From: Acidimicrobiia bacterium
Lineage (GTDB): Bacteria > Actinomycetota > Acidimicrobiia > Acidimicrobiales > JANYDT01
Reading direction: 5' to 3'
Length of the DNA: 39,395 nucleotides
Assembly (NCBI GenBank): GCA_043754155.1
Contig: JAYUVJ010000093.1
Location: forward strand, 1 to 39,395
Positions 16,557-24,997 of the stretch are shown here, piece after piece; the first letter of the stretch is position 1; every line of letters starts with the position of its first letter. The notes under the pieces were generated by a model. The model had not been told where the DNA came from. It saw nothing but the letters and a program-made list of their open reading frames with translations, and searched no databases. The translations under genes were made by a program, and so were the position numbers.

Positions 16557-17000
16557 TTAGGCCTCTACGCCTGCAAGTGCTGCGAGAGCCGAGGTGATGG
16601 CACCCTGGTTCTTGCCGGCAACTGCGAAGAAATCAGCATCGGCCTTGTCAACTTTTGGAAGGGCCTTACGTACAAGCGCACGACCAGCGGTGGTGAGAGT
16701 TACTCGCTGTGCACGCTTATCTTCGGCACTGGCGGCACGGGCAACAAGCTCACGGGCTTCGAGATTGCGAATTACTTGCGAGGTGGTCATTGGATCTACG
16801 CCTGAACGACCACTTACTTCTGCTTGTGAGAGGCCCTTGCGAGCATCGTCTGCTGCCAGTGTGGCGAGAAGCGCGTACTGCACGTGGGTGAGACCAAATG
16901 CCTCAAGTGCAGCGCGCTGGGCACGCTGCCAGGCATTGGTGGCACGCCACATAAGAAAGCCGGCACTTGACGGGGTGGCTACTGATCCTTGACCGCTCAT
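16557..17000 (-). CDS. MarR family transcriptional regulator
   Basis: Winged-helix region LTHVQYALLATLA...LSQAEVSGRSGVDPMTTSQVIRNLEARELVARAASAEDKRAQRVTLTTAGRAL. I place the start at ATG 17000 (MSGQGS...), which has AGGAG 10 nt upstream, rather than at the track start 17063. Confidence 0.85.
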   Translation of the reverse strand: MSGQGSVATPSSAGFLMWRATNAWQRAQRAALEAFGLTHVQYALLATLAADDARKGLSQAEVSGRSGVDPMTTSQVIRNLEARELVARAASAEDKRAQRVTLTTAGRALVRKALPKVDKADADFFAVAGKNQGAITSALAALAGVEA

Positions 17001-17444
17001 TTGAATGGTGCTCCTGAAGGTAGAGAGAGAAGGGACATTGTTTTTGCCAGCAGGTGCTTGCAAATCGGTACGACAGCATAGCGATAAATTCAGTATGCGT
17101 TCTTACGGCTGTTCTGGAATCTTTTTCGGCGCCGGAAGTGCAACAATTTTCTGGCGGCGAAAAACTAGTCGTGGAGCGGCAAGCTTGCAATCCAAAAGTG
17201 GGTGAGTGAACTACATGCGTGGAACTCGCAAAGCCTGCGCGCGCCCCAACGGACGACCGCCAACAGTGTTTGCCCAGCGTGTAAAGAGTATTGGCAAAGA
17301 AAGTGTGAGAAAGCTGAGGCCTTTCAATGGAAACCTACACAACAACTTTCGCCCACTAGCGTTCTCGTGTCTTCTTGGAAGAAGTTGGTTTTACTGAGCC
17401 AATTTCCCGATGCGTTCCCCCGCACTTTACGAAAGATCCTCCTC

Positions 17445-18224
17445 ATGCACTCTCCTCTGGCTGAATCTGTCTCGTCCACCCCAGTCACCCGTTCAGCATT
17501 ACGATGGCATCTTGCCGCCCCCTTGGGTTTGGTAACCGGGTGTGTCGCAACCGTGTGTGCGCTTATCGTAGGGAGTTTTTCGCCAGCGAGTGCGGCAAAG
17601 GTCCCAACTAAGCCGGCAAGTTCCACAACGATCACAACAAACTCCGCCCCTGGTTCATCCGTAGCTCCCGTGATCGCTTCTGTTCCCCCGGCTAAACCCA
17701 CTACCGATCTAAAGGGTGATATCGAGGCCAAGATTGCTTCTGTGCAACGAGAAGCTGCTCCAGGTTTGAAAGTGGGTGCGGTTTCTTGCCCAGCCACGTT
17801 GGCGGGGAAGAAGGCCAAGGTCCCGGTTGGAAATTACTCTTGCACCATCAGCATCGAGGGCGTACCCGCTCCCTATACGGTTATCGTTAAAGAGGGAGGT
17901 TCGCTGAAAGGTGGCGTGTTCCAGATCGCTCCCGCGAAAGCCATCATCGACATTTCTAAAATCGTTTCGTTTGTAAAGACCTCACTGGAGCCTGCCGACG
18001 CTGCTAAGGCAAAAATTTCGTGTGGAGCTGCAACAGTTGTGGTTGCCGATCCGGGAGCGCCGATCCTTTGCACGCTTACCCGTGGCAAAGCCGTTGAGAA
18101 GTTGGAATTCGAAATTCGCACCGTCAATGGTTTGGTCGCACTGAAAACCGGCGCTAAATCTGCTGTGCCTTCAACCATCCCTGCGGTTGTAGCTCCGTCA
18201 ACTATCGCCGTGCCCAAGTCATAA
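17445..18224 (+). CDS. Membrane-anchored/secreted protein with two DUF4333-like domains
   Basis: From ATG 17445 the protein has a hydrophobic anchor (LAAPLGLVTGCVATVCALIVGSF) and a Ser/Thr/Pro linker. Two modules follow, each with two Cys in the DUF4333 pattern (VSCPATLAGKKAKVPVGNYSCTISI... and ISCGAATVVVADPGAPILCTLTRG...). The track start at 17202 adds 81 implausible residues. Confidence 0.55.
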   Translation: MHSPLAESVSSTPVTRSALRWHLAAPLGLVTGCVATVCALIVGSFSPASAAKVPTKPASSTTITTNSAPGSSVAPVIASVPPAKPTTDLKGDIEAKIASVQREAAPGLKVGAVSCPATLAGKKAKVPVGNYSCTISIEGVPAPYTVIVKEGGSLKGGVFQIAPAKAIIDISKIVSFVKTSLEPADAAKAKISCGAATVVVADPGAPILCTLTRGKAVEKLEFEIRTVNGLVALKTGAKSAVPSTIPAVVAPSTIAVPKS

Positions 18225-18290
18225 GCGTTCCGCGTACTTAGGGTTGGCCTACTTTAACGTTGGTTCGTCGCTCCTCCAGATCCTTCTTGT

Positions 18291-19142
18291 TTAACCGTCG
18301 ACTCTCTCTTCGTTGACGTTGAGACCTTCAACCTGTTCGAGTACTTCGAGGTGATCGTTGTGCGAGTGAGTAAATCCCAGCGAACGTTCCTTTCGCACCG
18401 CCTCGCTCGACCGTAGGGCCACGATGTACGCGCGCCGATAGGAATCGGTGGAGTAGTTCCCGCCCGATCCGTGGAGGACACCCTCGTTGTGGACGGTGAT
18501 ATCGCCTCGAGCAATCGGTACTGCCGTCATCTGGTCACCGGCGCGAAGATCCGTCACCAGCGTGTGGCTTTTCGTGCGGTCCTCATGCAGCGGCCGGTGA
18601 GGACGGACTGGTTCGAGATGTGATCCGGCGAGGAACTGCATGCAGCCGTTCTCTTCCGTGGAGTCTTCAACAGCCAACCAACACGTGGCGGTTCGGCGAT
18701 CGTCGGTATCGATCCAATACGCCTGATCCTGATGCCAACCAAAAATCGCTTCAGGCCGGTTAGGGCTCTTGGCTAGAAGCTGATCGAAATCAATAGCCAT
18801 ACCTTCACCGCAGAGTTGATCGGCAATGGATTGTGCCCGTTGCTCGAAGATGTTGCCCACCCAGGCGGGGTAATAGCGCCTGGGCAGCATCACGTTGACT
18901 ATGGCGTATCCGGTGGGATCGGTGCCGTGTTCGCCGGTAGTCATATCGTTGAGGTCCTTACCGTCAACAGCGATTTCGCGGCGAAGAAATGCGTTGTAAA
19001 TCGTCTCAATCTCGTCAACTTCTTTGGGCGATAACACTCCTCGTAAGTGCACATACCCTCGCTTTGTGAAAGCGTCTATCTCTTCTGGGCTAACGAGGTA
19101 GCTTGCACCTTGGCGACGATTTTCAGAAGTAGTGCTGCTCAT
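18291..19142 (-). CDS. Phytanoyl-CoA dioxygenase (PhyH) family Fe(II)/2-oxoglutarate oxygenase
   Basis: 283-aa ORF. It has WHQDQAYW (His-x-Asp), a distal His in ITVHNEGVLHGSGGN, and family-typical length. Confidence 0.75.
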   Translation of the reverse strand: MSSTTSENRRQGASYLVSPEEIDAFTKRGYVHLRGVLSPKEVDEIETIYNAFLRREIAVDGKDLNDMTTGEHGTDPTGYAIVNVMLPRRYYPAWVGNIFEQRAQSIADQLCGEGMAIDFDQLLAKSPNRPEAIFGWHQDQAYWIDTDDRRTATCWLAVEDSTEENGCMQFLAGSHLEPVRPHRPLHEDRTKSHTLVTDLRAGDQMTAVPIARGDITVHNEGVLHGSGGNYSTDSYRRAYIVALRSSEAVRKERSLGFTHSHNDHLEVLEQVEGLNVNEERVDG

Positions 19143-19224
19143 GTCGAACCTCCTGTGTTGCTAACGATTTCGATGAAGATGAAGTTGGGCGGCATTTCAC
19201 AGCCGGTTGTTGCGATGTGGGTGC

Positions 19225-19265
19225 AAAAATAAAACTGGCGTTGAGGGAAGTCCCCCAACGCCAGT
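19225..19265 (-). terminator. Rho-independent terminator after the gpx gene
   Basis: On the minus strand ACTGGCGTTG (19265-19256) pairs with CAACGCCAGT (19243-19234) in a 10-bp perfect stem. TTTTATTTTT follows. Confidence 0.75.
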
Positions 19266-19311
19266 CTTTCATTCGGTGAAACCTTCAGCAGCGGTTGCCG
19301 AACCAATAGTT

Positions 19312-19785
19312 TCAGAGGTACTTGGCAACCTCAACCTGAAGCTCTTCGGGTGTGGACATGGGGGAGAAGCGGGCGACAGCCTTCCCTTCCTTGTCAACGA
19401 TGAACTTGGCGAAGTTCCACTTAATTTCAGCGGATTCTTCTTCGCCCGGTTGTTCATCTTTGAGCCACTTGTAAAGGTCGCAGGCATCGTCGCCGTTGAC
19501 TTCGATTTTGGAGAACATCGGGAAGGCCACGTCGTACTTCGTTTTGGCGAATTCGGCGATCTCTGCATCGGTGCCGGGCTCTTGGGCGCCGAACTGGTTA
19601 CAAGGAAATCCGAGGACGGTTACGCCTTCGGTTGTTTCATGAAGCGCACGCAGACCTGCGTACTGAGGCGTGAGGCCTCAAGCGGAAGCGACGTTGACGA
19701 TCAGGCAAACCTGACCGGCATACGCCGAAAGTGCCACTGCTTCGCCCGTTATGGACGTCATGGTGAAGTCGGAGAGAGTAGTCAT
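19312..19785 (-). CDS. gpx: Glutathione peroxidase with in-frame TGA at the catalytic position (predicted selenocysteine; transl_except at 19678-19680)
   Basis: ATG 19785 has GAGGG 4 nt upstream. Translation: MTTLSDFTMTSITGEAVALSAYAGQVCLIVNVASA-[TGA]-GLTPQYAGLRALHETTEGVTVLGFPCNQFGAQEPGTDAEIAEFAKTKYDVAFPMFSKIEVNG...IKWNFAKFIVDKEGKAVARF.... There is a single frame throughout (157 codons) and the TGA is codon 36. The track lists only the last 72 aa. The alternative reading is a recent nonsense pseudogene. Confidence 0.7.
19646..19663 (-). promoter_or_regulatory. Candidate bacterial SECIS hairpin
   Basis: The minus-strand RNA GUACGCA-GGUC-UGCGUGC forms a 7-bp stem (one G-U pair) with a GGUC loop and starts 14 nt after the UGA. 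Its core GCAGGUCUGC equals the apical core of the E. coli fdhF SECIS as I recall it. Confidence 0.55.
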
Positions 19786-19923
19786 AAGACCCTCGACGGT
19801 AGTTGGTTCCGCAAGGCAATGTCACACATTGAGGCCTACGCTGCATTTAGGACGACCATGTAGGACCCTTACAACCCTTACCTCGACGGACAGCCAACCC
19901 GGAGAGCACCGTTCTAGGAATCG

Positions 19924-22509
19924 TTACGCAGCGGGCTCCGGATCGGCGAGCGTTACTTCGTAGATCGCTTCTTTGAGCCCAGCATCTTCCCGATAGGTCA
20001 GCTCCGCTACTCCACCCGAGTCACGAAGATCTTGCTCAACGAGTTTCAGCTCGGCAATACGCTCCGGGGTGTCCCGGATGATCATGCTCGAAACTACGGT
20101 CTTCATGCTGCGTTTAGCTTCGGTTTTGGTACGTCTTGCCGCTCCTAGGGCGTCACCAACAATGCTGAGCAATGCCTGATTGCCCTTTGTTGGAGTGGCA
20201 ATTTCGGCCGTAGCCGGCCAGGTTTGGGCATGTACGGATTCTGTGTTCCACCAAGAGTACACCTCGTCGGTAACGAAGGGTAGGAAGGGGGCAAACAGTC
20301 GTTGCAGTACGCGGAGGATGGCAGCCAATGTGGCCTTAGCGCTGTCGGCCTCTGGATCACCAATCAGTCCGTAAGCGCGCTTCTTAACCAGTTCTACGTA
20401 GTCGTCGCAAAAGAACCAGAAGAACGATTCGGTACGTTCCAAAGCACGGGCATAGTCATAGGCGGTAAAGGCCGTGGTTGCTTCATCGATAAGCGCGCTG
20501 AGCTTTGCTAAAACCGCCATGTCGACGGGGGCCGTAACCGCACTGATAGGAGGAGCTTCATCATCGCCCAGGATGGTGAGCACGAACTTGGAAGCATTGA
20601 GCAACTTGATGGCCAGTTTGCGGCCGATCCTCATCTGTCCGGTATCAAAGGTGGTGTCTACGCCGGGGCGTGCCGAGGAAGCCCAGTAACGAACTGCGTC
20701 GGAGCCATGTTCAACCAACAGGTCGACGGGGGTAACTACGTTACCCTTTGATTTCGACATTTTCTTGCGATCCGGGTCAAGAATCCATCCGCTAATAGCG
20801 ATGTTCCTCCACGGAACCGAGTTGTGCTCAAAATGCGCACGAACCGTCGAGGAAAACAGCCACGTACGAATGATGTCGTGACCCTGCGGGCGAAGATCCA
20901 TCGGGAACATGCGGGAAAAAAGATCCGGATCGTCTTCCCAACGGCCAGCGATTTGGGGACTCAACGATGACGTAGCCCAGGTATCGAGCACGTCGGCATC
21001 GCCCTGGAATCCGCCCGGCGTGCCGCGTTGATCGGCTGAGTACCCATCCGGAACATCGGTCGACGGATCGATTGGTAAGCGCGCTTCGTTGGGCTTGAGC
21101 GGCACGTCGTAGTTGGGTTCACCGTCGGCGTCGAGGGCGTACCAAAGCGGGATGGGTACACCGAAGAAACGTTGACGGCTGATAAGCCAATCGCCGTTCA
21201 AACCACCAACCCAATTCTCGTAGCGGTGCCACATGAATTCGGGCACCCATTGCAGTTCACGTCCCCGGACTTGAAATTCTTCGCGCAGTTTCTCTTCGCG
21301 GCCACCGTTGCGGATATACCACTGGCGGCTCGACACGATTTCGAGGGGACGATCGCCCTTTTCAAAGAACTTCACCGGATGGCTGATCGGTTTCGGCTCG
21401 CCCAGCATTTCGCCGGTGGCCCGCAGCTGTTCGACGATCTTTACCTGCGCCTGTTTAACGCTCAACCCAACGAGTTGTTGATAGGCGTCTTTACCTTCTG
21501 GCGACGTGATGATCTCGGGGCAGTCGCTGAGGATACGACCGTCTCGGCCAATGACAGTCCGGGTTGGGAGGTTGAGCTCGCGCCACCAAATTACGTCGGT
21601 GAGATCACCAAACGTACAGATCATGGCAATACCCGAACCCTTATCGGGCTGGGCTAATGGGTGGGCCAGAACGGGAACTTCAGCACCGAACAACGGGGTG
21701 CGGACCATGGTGCCGAACAGGGGTTTGTAGCGGGCATCGTCGGGATGGGCAACGATAGCGACACAGGCAGGGAGCAACTCTGGACGAGTGGTTTCGATGA
21801 TGATGTCGCCAGCACCGGTCGGTGAGCCCTCGGCTTTGTGGAACGCGAGGCAATGATATGCACCCGGACGTTCGCGGTCCTCCAACTCGGCTTGGGCCAC
21901 AGCGGTTTTGAAGTCGACGTCCCAGAGCGTTGGTGCGTCTTGGCTATAAGCCTCGCCGCGTTCCAGGTTGCGAAGGAAGGCGCGCTGTGAAGCCCTGCGC
22001 GAACGCTCATCAATCGTGGCGTACTGCAGGTTCCAATCGACCGAAAGACCAAGCGTGCGGAACAGGGCCTCGAAGGCTTTTTCGTCCTCTTTGGTGAGTT
22101 CTTCGCACAGCGCGATGAAGTTGGGGCGGCTAACCGGGATGGGCTGCTTGCCGGGTTCAGCGGGTGGCTTGAATGAAGGATCAAACGGCAGAGAAGGATC
22201 ACAGGAAACGCCGTAATAGTTTTGGACGCGACGCTCCGTAGGGAGGCCGTTGTCGTCCCAGCCCATTGGATAGAAAACCTTCTTGCCGGTCATGCGTTGG
22301 AAACGGGCAATCGTGTCGGTATGGGTATAGCTGAACACGTGGCCAACATGGAGCGAGCCACTGGCCGTTGGGGGAGGGGTGTCGATCGAATACACATCGG
22401 CCCGCACGGCCGTCCGGTCGAAGTCGTACACGCCGCTGGCTTCCCAACGTTCGCCCCACTTTTGCTCGACTCCGTCTAACGACGGCTTTTCCGGAATGTT
22501 CGTACCCAT
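19924..22509 (-). CDS. valS: Valine--tRNA ligase
   Basis: 861-aa ORF with the HIGH-type motif PPPTASGSLHVGHVFSYTHTD and KMSKS (RKKMSKSKGNVV). FYPMGWDDNGLPTERRVQNYYGV is typical of the actinobacterial/archaeal-like ValRS type. Confidence 0.9.
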   Translation of the reverse strand: MGTNIPEKPSLDGVEQKWGERWEASGVYDFDRTAVRADVYSIDTPPPTASGSLHVGHVFSYTHTDTIARFQRMTGKKVFYPMGWDDNGLPTERRVQNYYGVSCDPSLPFDPSFKPPAEPGKQPIPVSRPNFIALCEELTKEDEKAFEALFRTLGLSVDWNLQYATIDERSRRASQRAFLRNLERGEAYSQDAPTLWDVDFKTAVAQAELEDRERPGAYHCLAFHKAEGSPTGAGDIIIETTRPELLPACVAIVAHPDDARYKPLFGTMVRTPLFGAEVPVLAHPLAQPDKGSGIAMICTFGDLTDVIWWRELNLPTRTVIGRDGRILSDCPEIITSPEGKDAYQQLVGLSVKQAQVKIVEQLRATGEMLGEPKPISHPVKFFEKGDRPLEIVSSRQWYIRNGGREEKLREEFQVRGRELQWVPEFMWHRYENWVGGLNGDWLISRQRFFGVPIPLWYALDADGEPNYDVPLKPNEARLPIDPSTDVPDGYSADQRGTPGGFQGDADVLDTWATSSLSPQIAGRWEDDPDLFSRMFPMDLRPQGHDIIRTWLFSSTVRAHFEHNSVPWRNIAISGWILDPDRKKMSKSKGNVVTPVDLLVEHGSDAVRYWASSARPGVDTTFDTGQMRIGRKLAIKLLNASKFVLTILGDDEAPPISAVTAPVDMAVLAKLSALIDEATTAFTAYDYARALERTESFFWFFCDDYVELVKKRAYGLIGDPEADSAKATLAAILRVLQRLFAPFLPFVTDEVYSWWNTESVHAQTWPATAEIATPTKGNQALLSIVGDALGAARRTKTEAKRSMKTVVSSMIIRDTPERIAELKLVEQDLRDSGGVAELTYREDAGLKEAIYEVTLADPEPAA

Positions 22510-22690
22510 AGGCCGTCAAGGATAGAACCCCCGCCTACTCGCCCCGGTGGCTTTGTTGCGCTTGTCCGATTTCAGATTCGGATTGTGTTGAGGCCCCGGA
22601 GCAACGACCACGATTTGCTCCCTTCGCTCCCCGTAACGAAATGATCCGCACCCGTCGCCTCAGCCGCTGCACTATGAATGGCAACCAAAG

Positions 22691-22755
22691 CCGGTGCCCC
22701 AAGCCGGTACCCCACGTCGGTGCCGTAAGCCCGTGCCGTAAGCCGGTGCCCCAAG
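22691..22755. repeat. 13-bp tandem repeat x5 (ccggtgccccaag and variants)
   Basis: ccggtgccccaag / ccggtaccccacg / tcggtgccgtaag / cccgtgccgtaag / ccggtgccccaag, read directly. The unit is not a multiple of 3. It lies 182-246 bp upstream of the valS start. Confidence 0.9.
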
Positions 22756-22805
22756 TCATGCAAGGTCGATCCGCTTTGCTGCATTTCTTCGGTCATCGAA
22801 ACGAT

Positions 22806-22958
22806 CTACAGCGAATTGACGGCCCACACCGAACTGAACCGGGGTAGATCCTTTCCAAGCTCGGCGGGAACTTCAATCTCCGAAAGCTGGTGGGTACAAG
22901 CGGAGTTAAAGGCATCCCAAACTGCTGCACCTTTGTTACCGGCCTCACCGGGAACCAT
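22806..22958 (-). CDS. Possible 50-aa ORF of unknown function
   Basis: MVPGEAGNKGAAVWDAFNSACTHQLSEIEVPAELGKDLPRFSSVWAVNSL. The codon third positions look like those of neighbouring genes. There is no SD and no recognisable family, so it could be a gene remnant or not coding at all. Confidence 0.2.
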   Translation of the reverse strand: MVPGEAGNKGAAVWDAFNSACTHQLSEIEVPAELGKDLPRFSSVWAVNSL

Positions 22959-23004
22959 GATGGGAGCTGGAGGTTGGGTTGAGTCAGCCCTGTCGCAGTA
23001 GGTT

Positions 23005-23883
23005 TTGGGCATGGACTGGTGGGAAAAACGAGCTGGGCTTCGAGACACGGTTGTGGTTGTTACGGGTGGGGCTGGTGGGTTGGGTGAAGCGGTGTCGCTT
23101 GATTTGGTGGCCAATGGGGCGAAAGTGGCCCTGGTCGATCGGGATGCTGCGGCGGTTGAAAAGATCCGTGCCGCGCTCGAAGCAAGCGGTGCCGATGCCA
23201 TCACCCACGTTGGCGATGCCCGTGACCGTGCGGTGCTTGAAACATTGTTTGCCGCATCGAATGAACGATGGGGCCGCCTTGATGGGTTGGTCAATGTGGT
23301 GGGCGGAACCTTTCGCGCTGCGTTCACTGATACCAATGAACGCGGTTGGGATGCGCTTATTCGTACCAATCTCGATCACGTCCTCCATGCCTGTTCAATT
23401 GCTATACCCCTTATGCGCGCTGGTGGTCGGGGTGGCAGCATTGTGAACCTCACCACCGTTGAAGCTCACCGTGCCGCACCGAACTTTGCCGTTTACAGTG
23501 CTGCGAAAGCCGCCGTTGCCCACTTCGCCCGGAGCTTGGCCATTGAACTTGCCCCTGAGGGGATACGGGTAAACAACGTCGCCCCCGACATCACCCCAAC
23601 TGTGGGCATGGGGGACATCAGTGCGGAGGGCTCTAGTTTCCTTGATCCGCTGGGCGCACAAATTGCTATCCCTATGGGTCGCTTTGGTATTCCATCGGAC
23701 GTTTCGAGTTCGGTGGTGTTCCTGCTTTCGAATATGGCTTCCTACATAACCGGAAGCACGCTGCATCCCGACGGCGGTACCTTCAGCGCATCGGGTTGGT
23801 TCAACTGGCCCGGATCAGGTTTCGGCAACACCATCCCCACTTCGCTCATGCCAGCCATGCACGAGGCCAACAAGTCGTCGTAG
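23005..23883 (+). CDS. Short-chain dehydrogenase/reductase (SDR) family oxidoreductase
   Basis: Cofactor motif VVVVTGGAGGLGEA (TGxxxGxG), active-site YSAAKAAV (YxxxK) and the downstream element APDITPT. Confidence 0.85.
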   Translation: MGMDWWEKRAGLRDTVVVVTGGAGGLGEAVSLDLVANGAKVALVDRDAAAVEKIRAALEASGADAITHVGDARDRAVLETLFAASNERWGRLDGLVNVVGGTFRAAFTDTNERGWDALIRTNLDHVLHACSIAIPLMRAGGRGGSIVNLTTVEAHRAAPNFAVYSAAKAAVAHFARSLAIELAPEGIRVNNVAPDITPTVGMGDISAEGSSFLDPLGAQIAIPMGRFGIPSDVSSSVVFLLSNMASYITGSTLHPDGGTFSASGWFNWPGSGFGNTIPTSLMPAMHEANKSS

Positions 23884-23916
23884 AAACGCTCTCCCGATTT
23901 CGTTCATCGGCGAAAC

Positions 23917-24858
23917 TTAGGCAGGCTGCGCCAAAACGGTTGGGAGGCCCATGGGATTTGGGTAGCGGATCGTCCCCGATTCTGCGACGACACGGGCAAG
24001 AGGATCAAGGATCGCAACCAGACGAGCGATGCTTTGGCTGGGCGTGCCTCCCGATGTGTCGGCAAGAAGGTGAAAGGGTTGGGTTGCGAGTTGGTTAGTC
24101 ATCGTTTCGATGTTTCGTCGCATTTCTCTACCAAACTCCGTCATCTGCCAATCAGCTTTGTGGGTCACAAGACCACGGGCTTGGAGACCTGCGAGGCAGT
24201 TGTTCCATTGTTCGACTGACCAACCTCTTGTGCGAGCCAGATCGTCGAAGGAGTTCTGTTGTTCCACAGCGATTAGTACGTGCGCTTCTAATCCTGAAAG
24301 AGCGGAGGCGGTGTAGGCAACGACATGACCATCGCCGCGATGTTCCCGCAGCAACGTGCAGAGTTGCCAAAGCCGCTCGACAACATCAACCGGTAGCGCA
24401 ACATCACGGTTTGCGGCAAACACCGGTCGGCCAGACCAGTAGCAATGTTCAAGCACTTCTTCAATGATGGGGTTTGCTACTGCAGCAACTGGCGAGAGAT
24501 CGAAGCCAGTGGCTTCGGCGCACCGACGAAGAGTGGATGCCGCAGCAGCAGACCGAGTGGCAAGCGCTATTTCCGGGGTGGTTGACTCCCAAATTGTTGG
24601 GATCCAACGCCGGACAAACGGGAGGGAGAAACTGTTGAAGGCCGCGTCGTAGACCCCAGCGGTGGCGAGGCCAAGCGGCGCGCCTCGAAATGCAAAGTAG
24701 CCCTTCCACCAGGAGTCAAGTCCAATCGACTTCGCGGCTTCGGCCGATTCCGCGCCGAAGTAGGTAACAGCGTGAATCGTCTCATAGCGCATCCACAGCG
24801 CCCGAGCTGCCGGCGTTGGTGTGAGAGGAACTTCTTCAATCATCGTCTCAATCTCCAA
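23917..24858 (-). CDS. SCO6745-family protein (function unknown), paralog 1
   Basis: 313-aa ORF with IHAVTYFGAE...YFAFRGAPLG...LLREHRGDGHVVAY...RTRGWSVEQWNNCLAGLQARGLV. It shares this motif order with the ORF at 34517-35353. The family assignment is from memory of the LREHRGDGH / RGW...W...L..RG pattern. Confidence 0.6.
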   Translation of the reverse strand: MEIETMIEEVPLTPTPAARALWMRYETIHAVTYFGAESAEAAKSIGLDSWWKGYFAFRGAPLGLATAGVYDAAFNSFSLPFVRRWIPTIWESTTPEIALATRSAAAASTLRRCAEATGFDLSPVAAVANPIIEEVLEHCYWSGRPVFAANRDVALPVDVVERLWQLCTLLREHRGDGHVVAYTASALSGLEAHVLIAVEQQNSFDDLARTRGWSVEQWNNCLAGLQARGLVTHKADWQMTEFGREMRRNIETMTNQLATQPFHLLADTSGGTPSQSIARLVAILDPLARVVAESGTIRYPNPMGLPTVLAQPA

Positions 24859-24997
24859 CGATCTCTAGCAAACGGTTTGAGGTCGCAAACTTCTGTTGTG
24901 CTTTTCAAGCCAGTACATGAAAAATTCAAGGTCATCTAGCCCCGGTCTTTCTGACACAACCAAATTGGGCGCAGCTCCAGAGTGAAGTCGCTCCGAA

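Noticed and set aside
17202-17444. 81-codon N-terminal extension of the DUF4333 gene, and the 63-aa ORF at 17206
   Set aside because: The sequence is Cys/Trp/Lys-rich and not protein-like, and it lies upstream of the signal-anchor. The internal ATG 17445 gives a normal anchor-linker-domain architecture. The true start is still uncertain because no SD is visible.
19312-19785. Alternative reading of the gpx locus as a simple nonsense pseudogene
   Set aside because: This is not fully excluded. I disfavour it because the stop is exactly at the Cys/Sec codon, the rest of the gene, its SD and its terminator are intact, and an fdhF-like hairpin follows at the right distance. It remains the null hypothesis if no sel genes exist.
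19207-19863. 218-aa plus-strand ORF
   Set aside because: It is antisense to the gpx gene and spans its terminator. There is no recognisable family. The minus strand carries a complete GPx once the TGA is read through.
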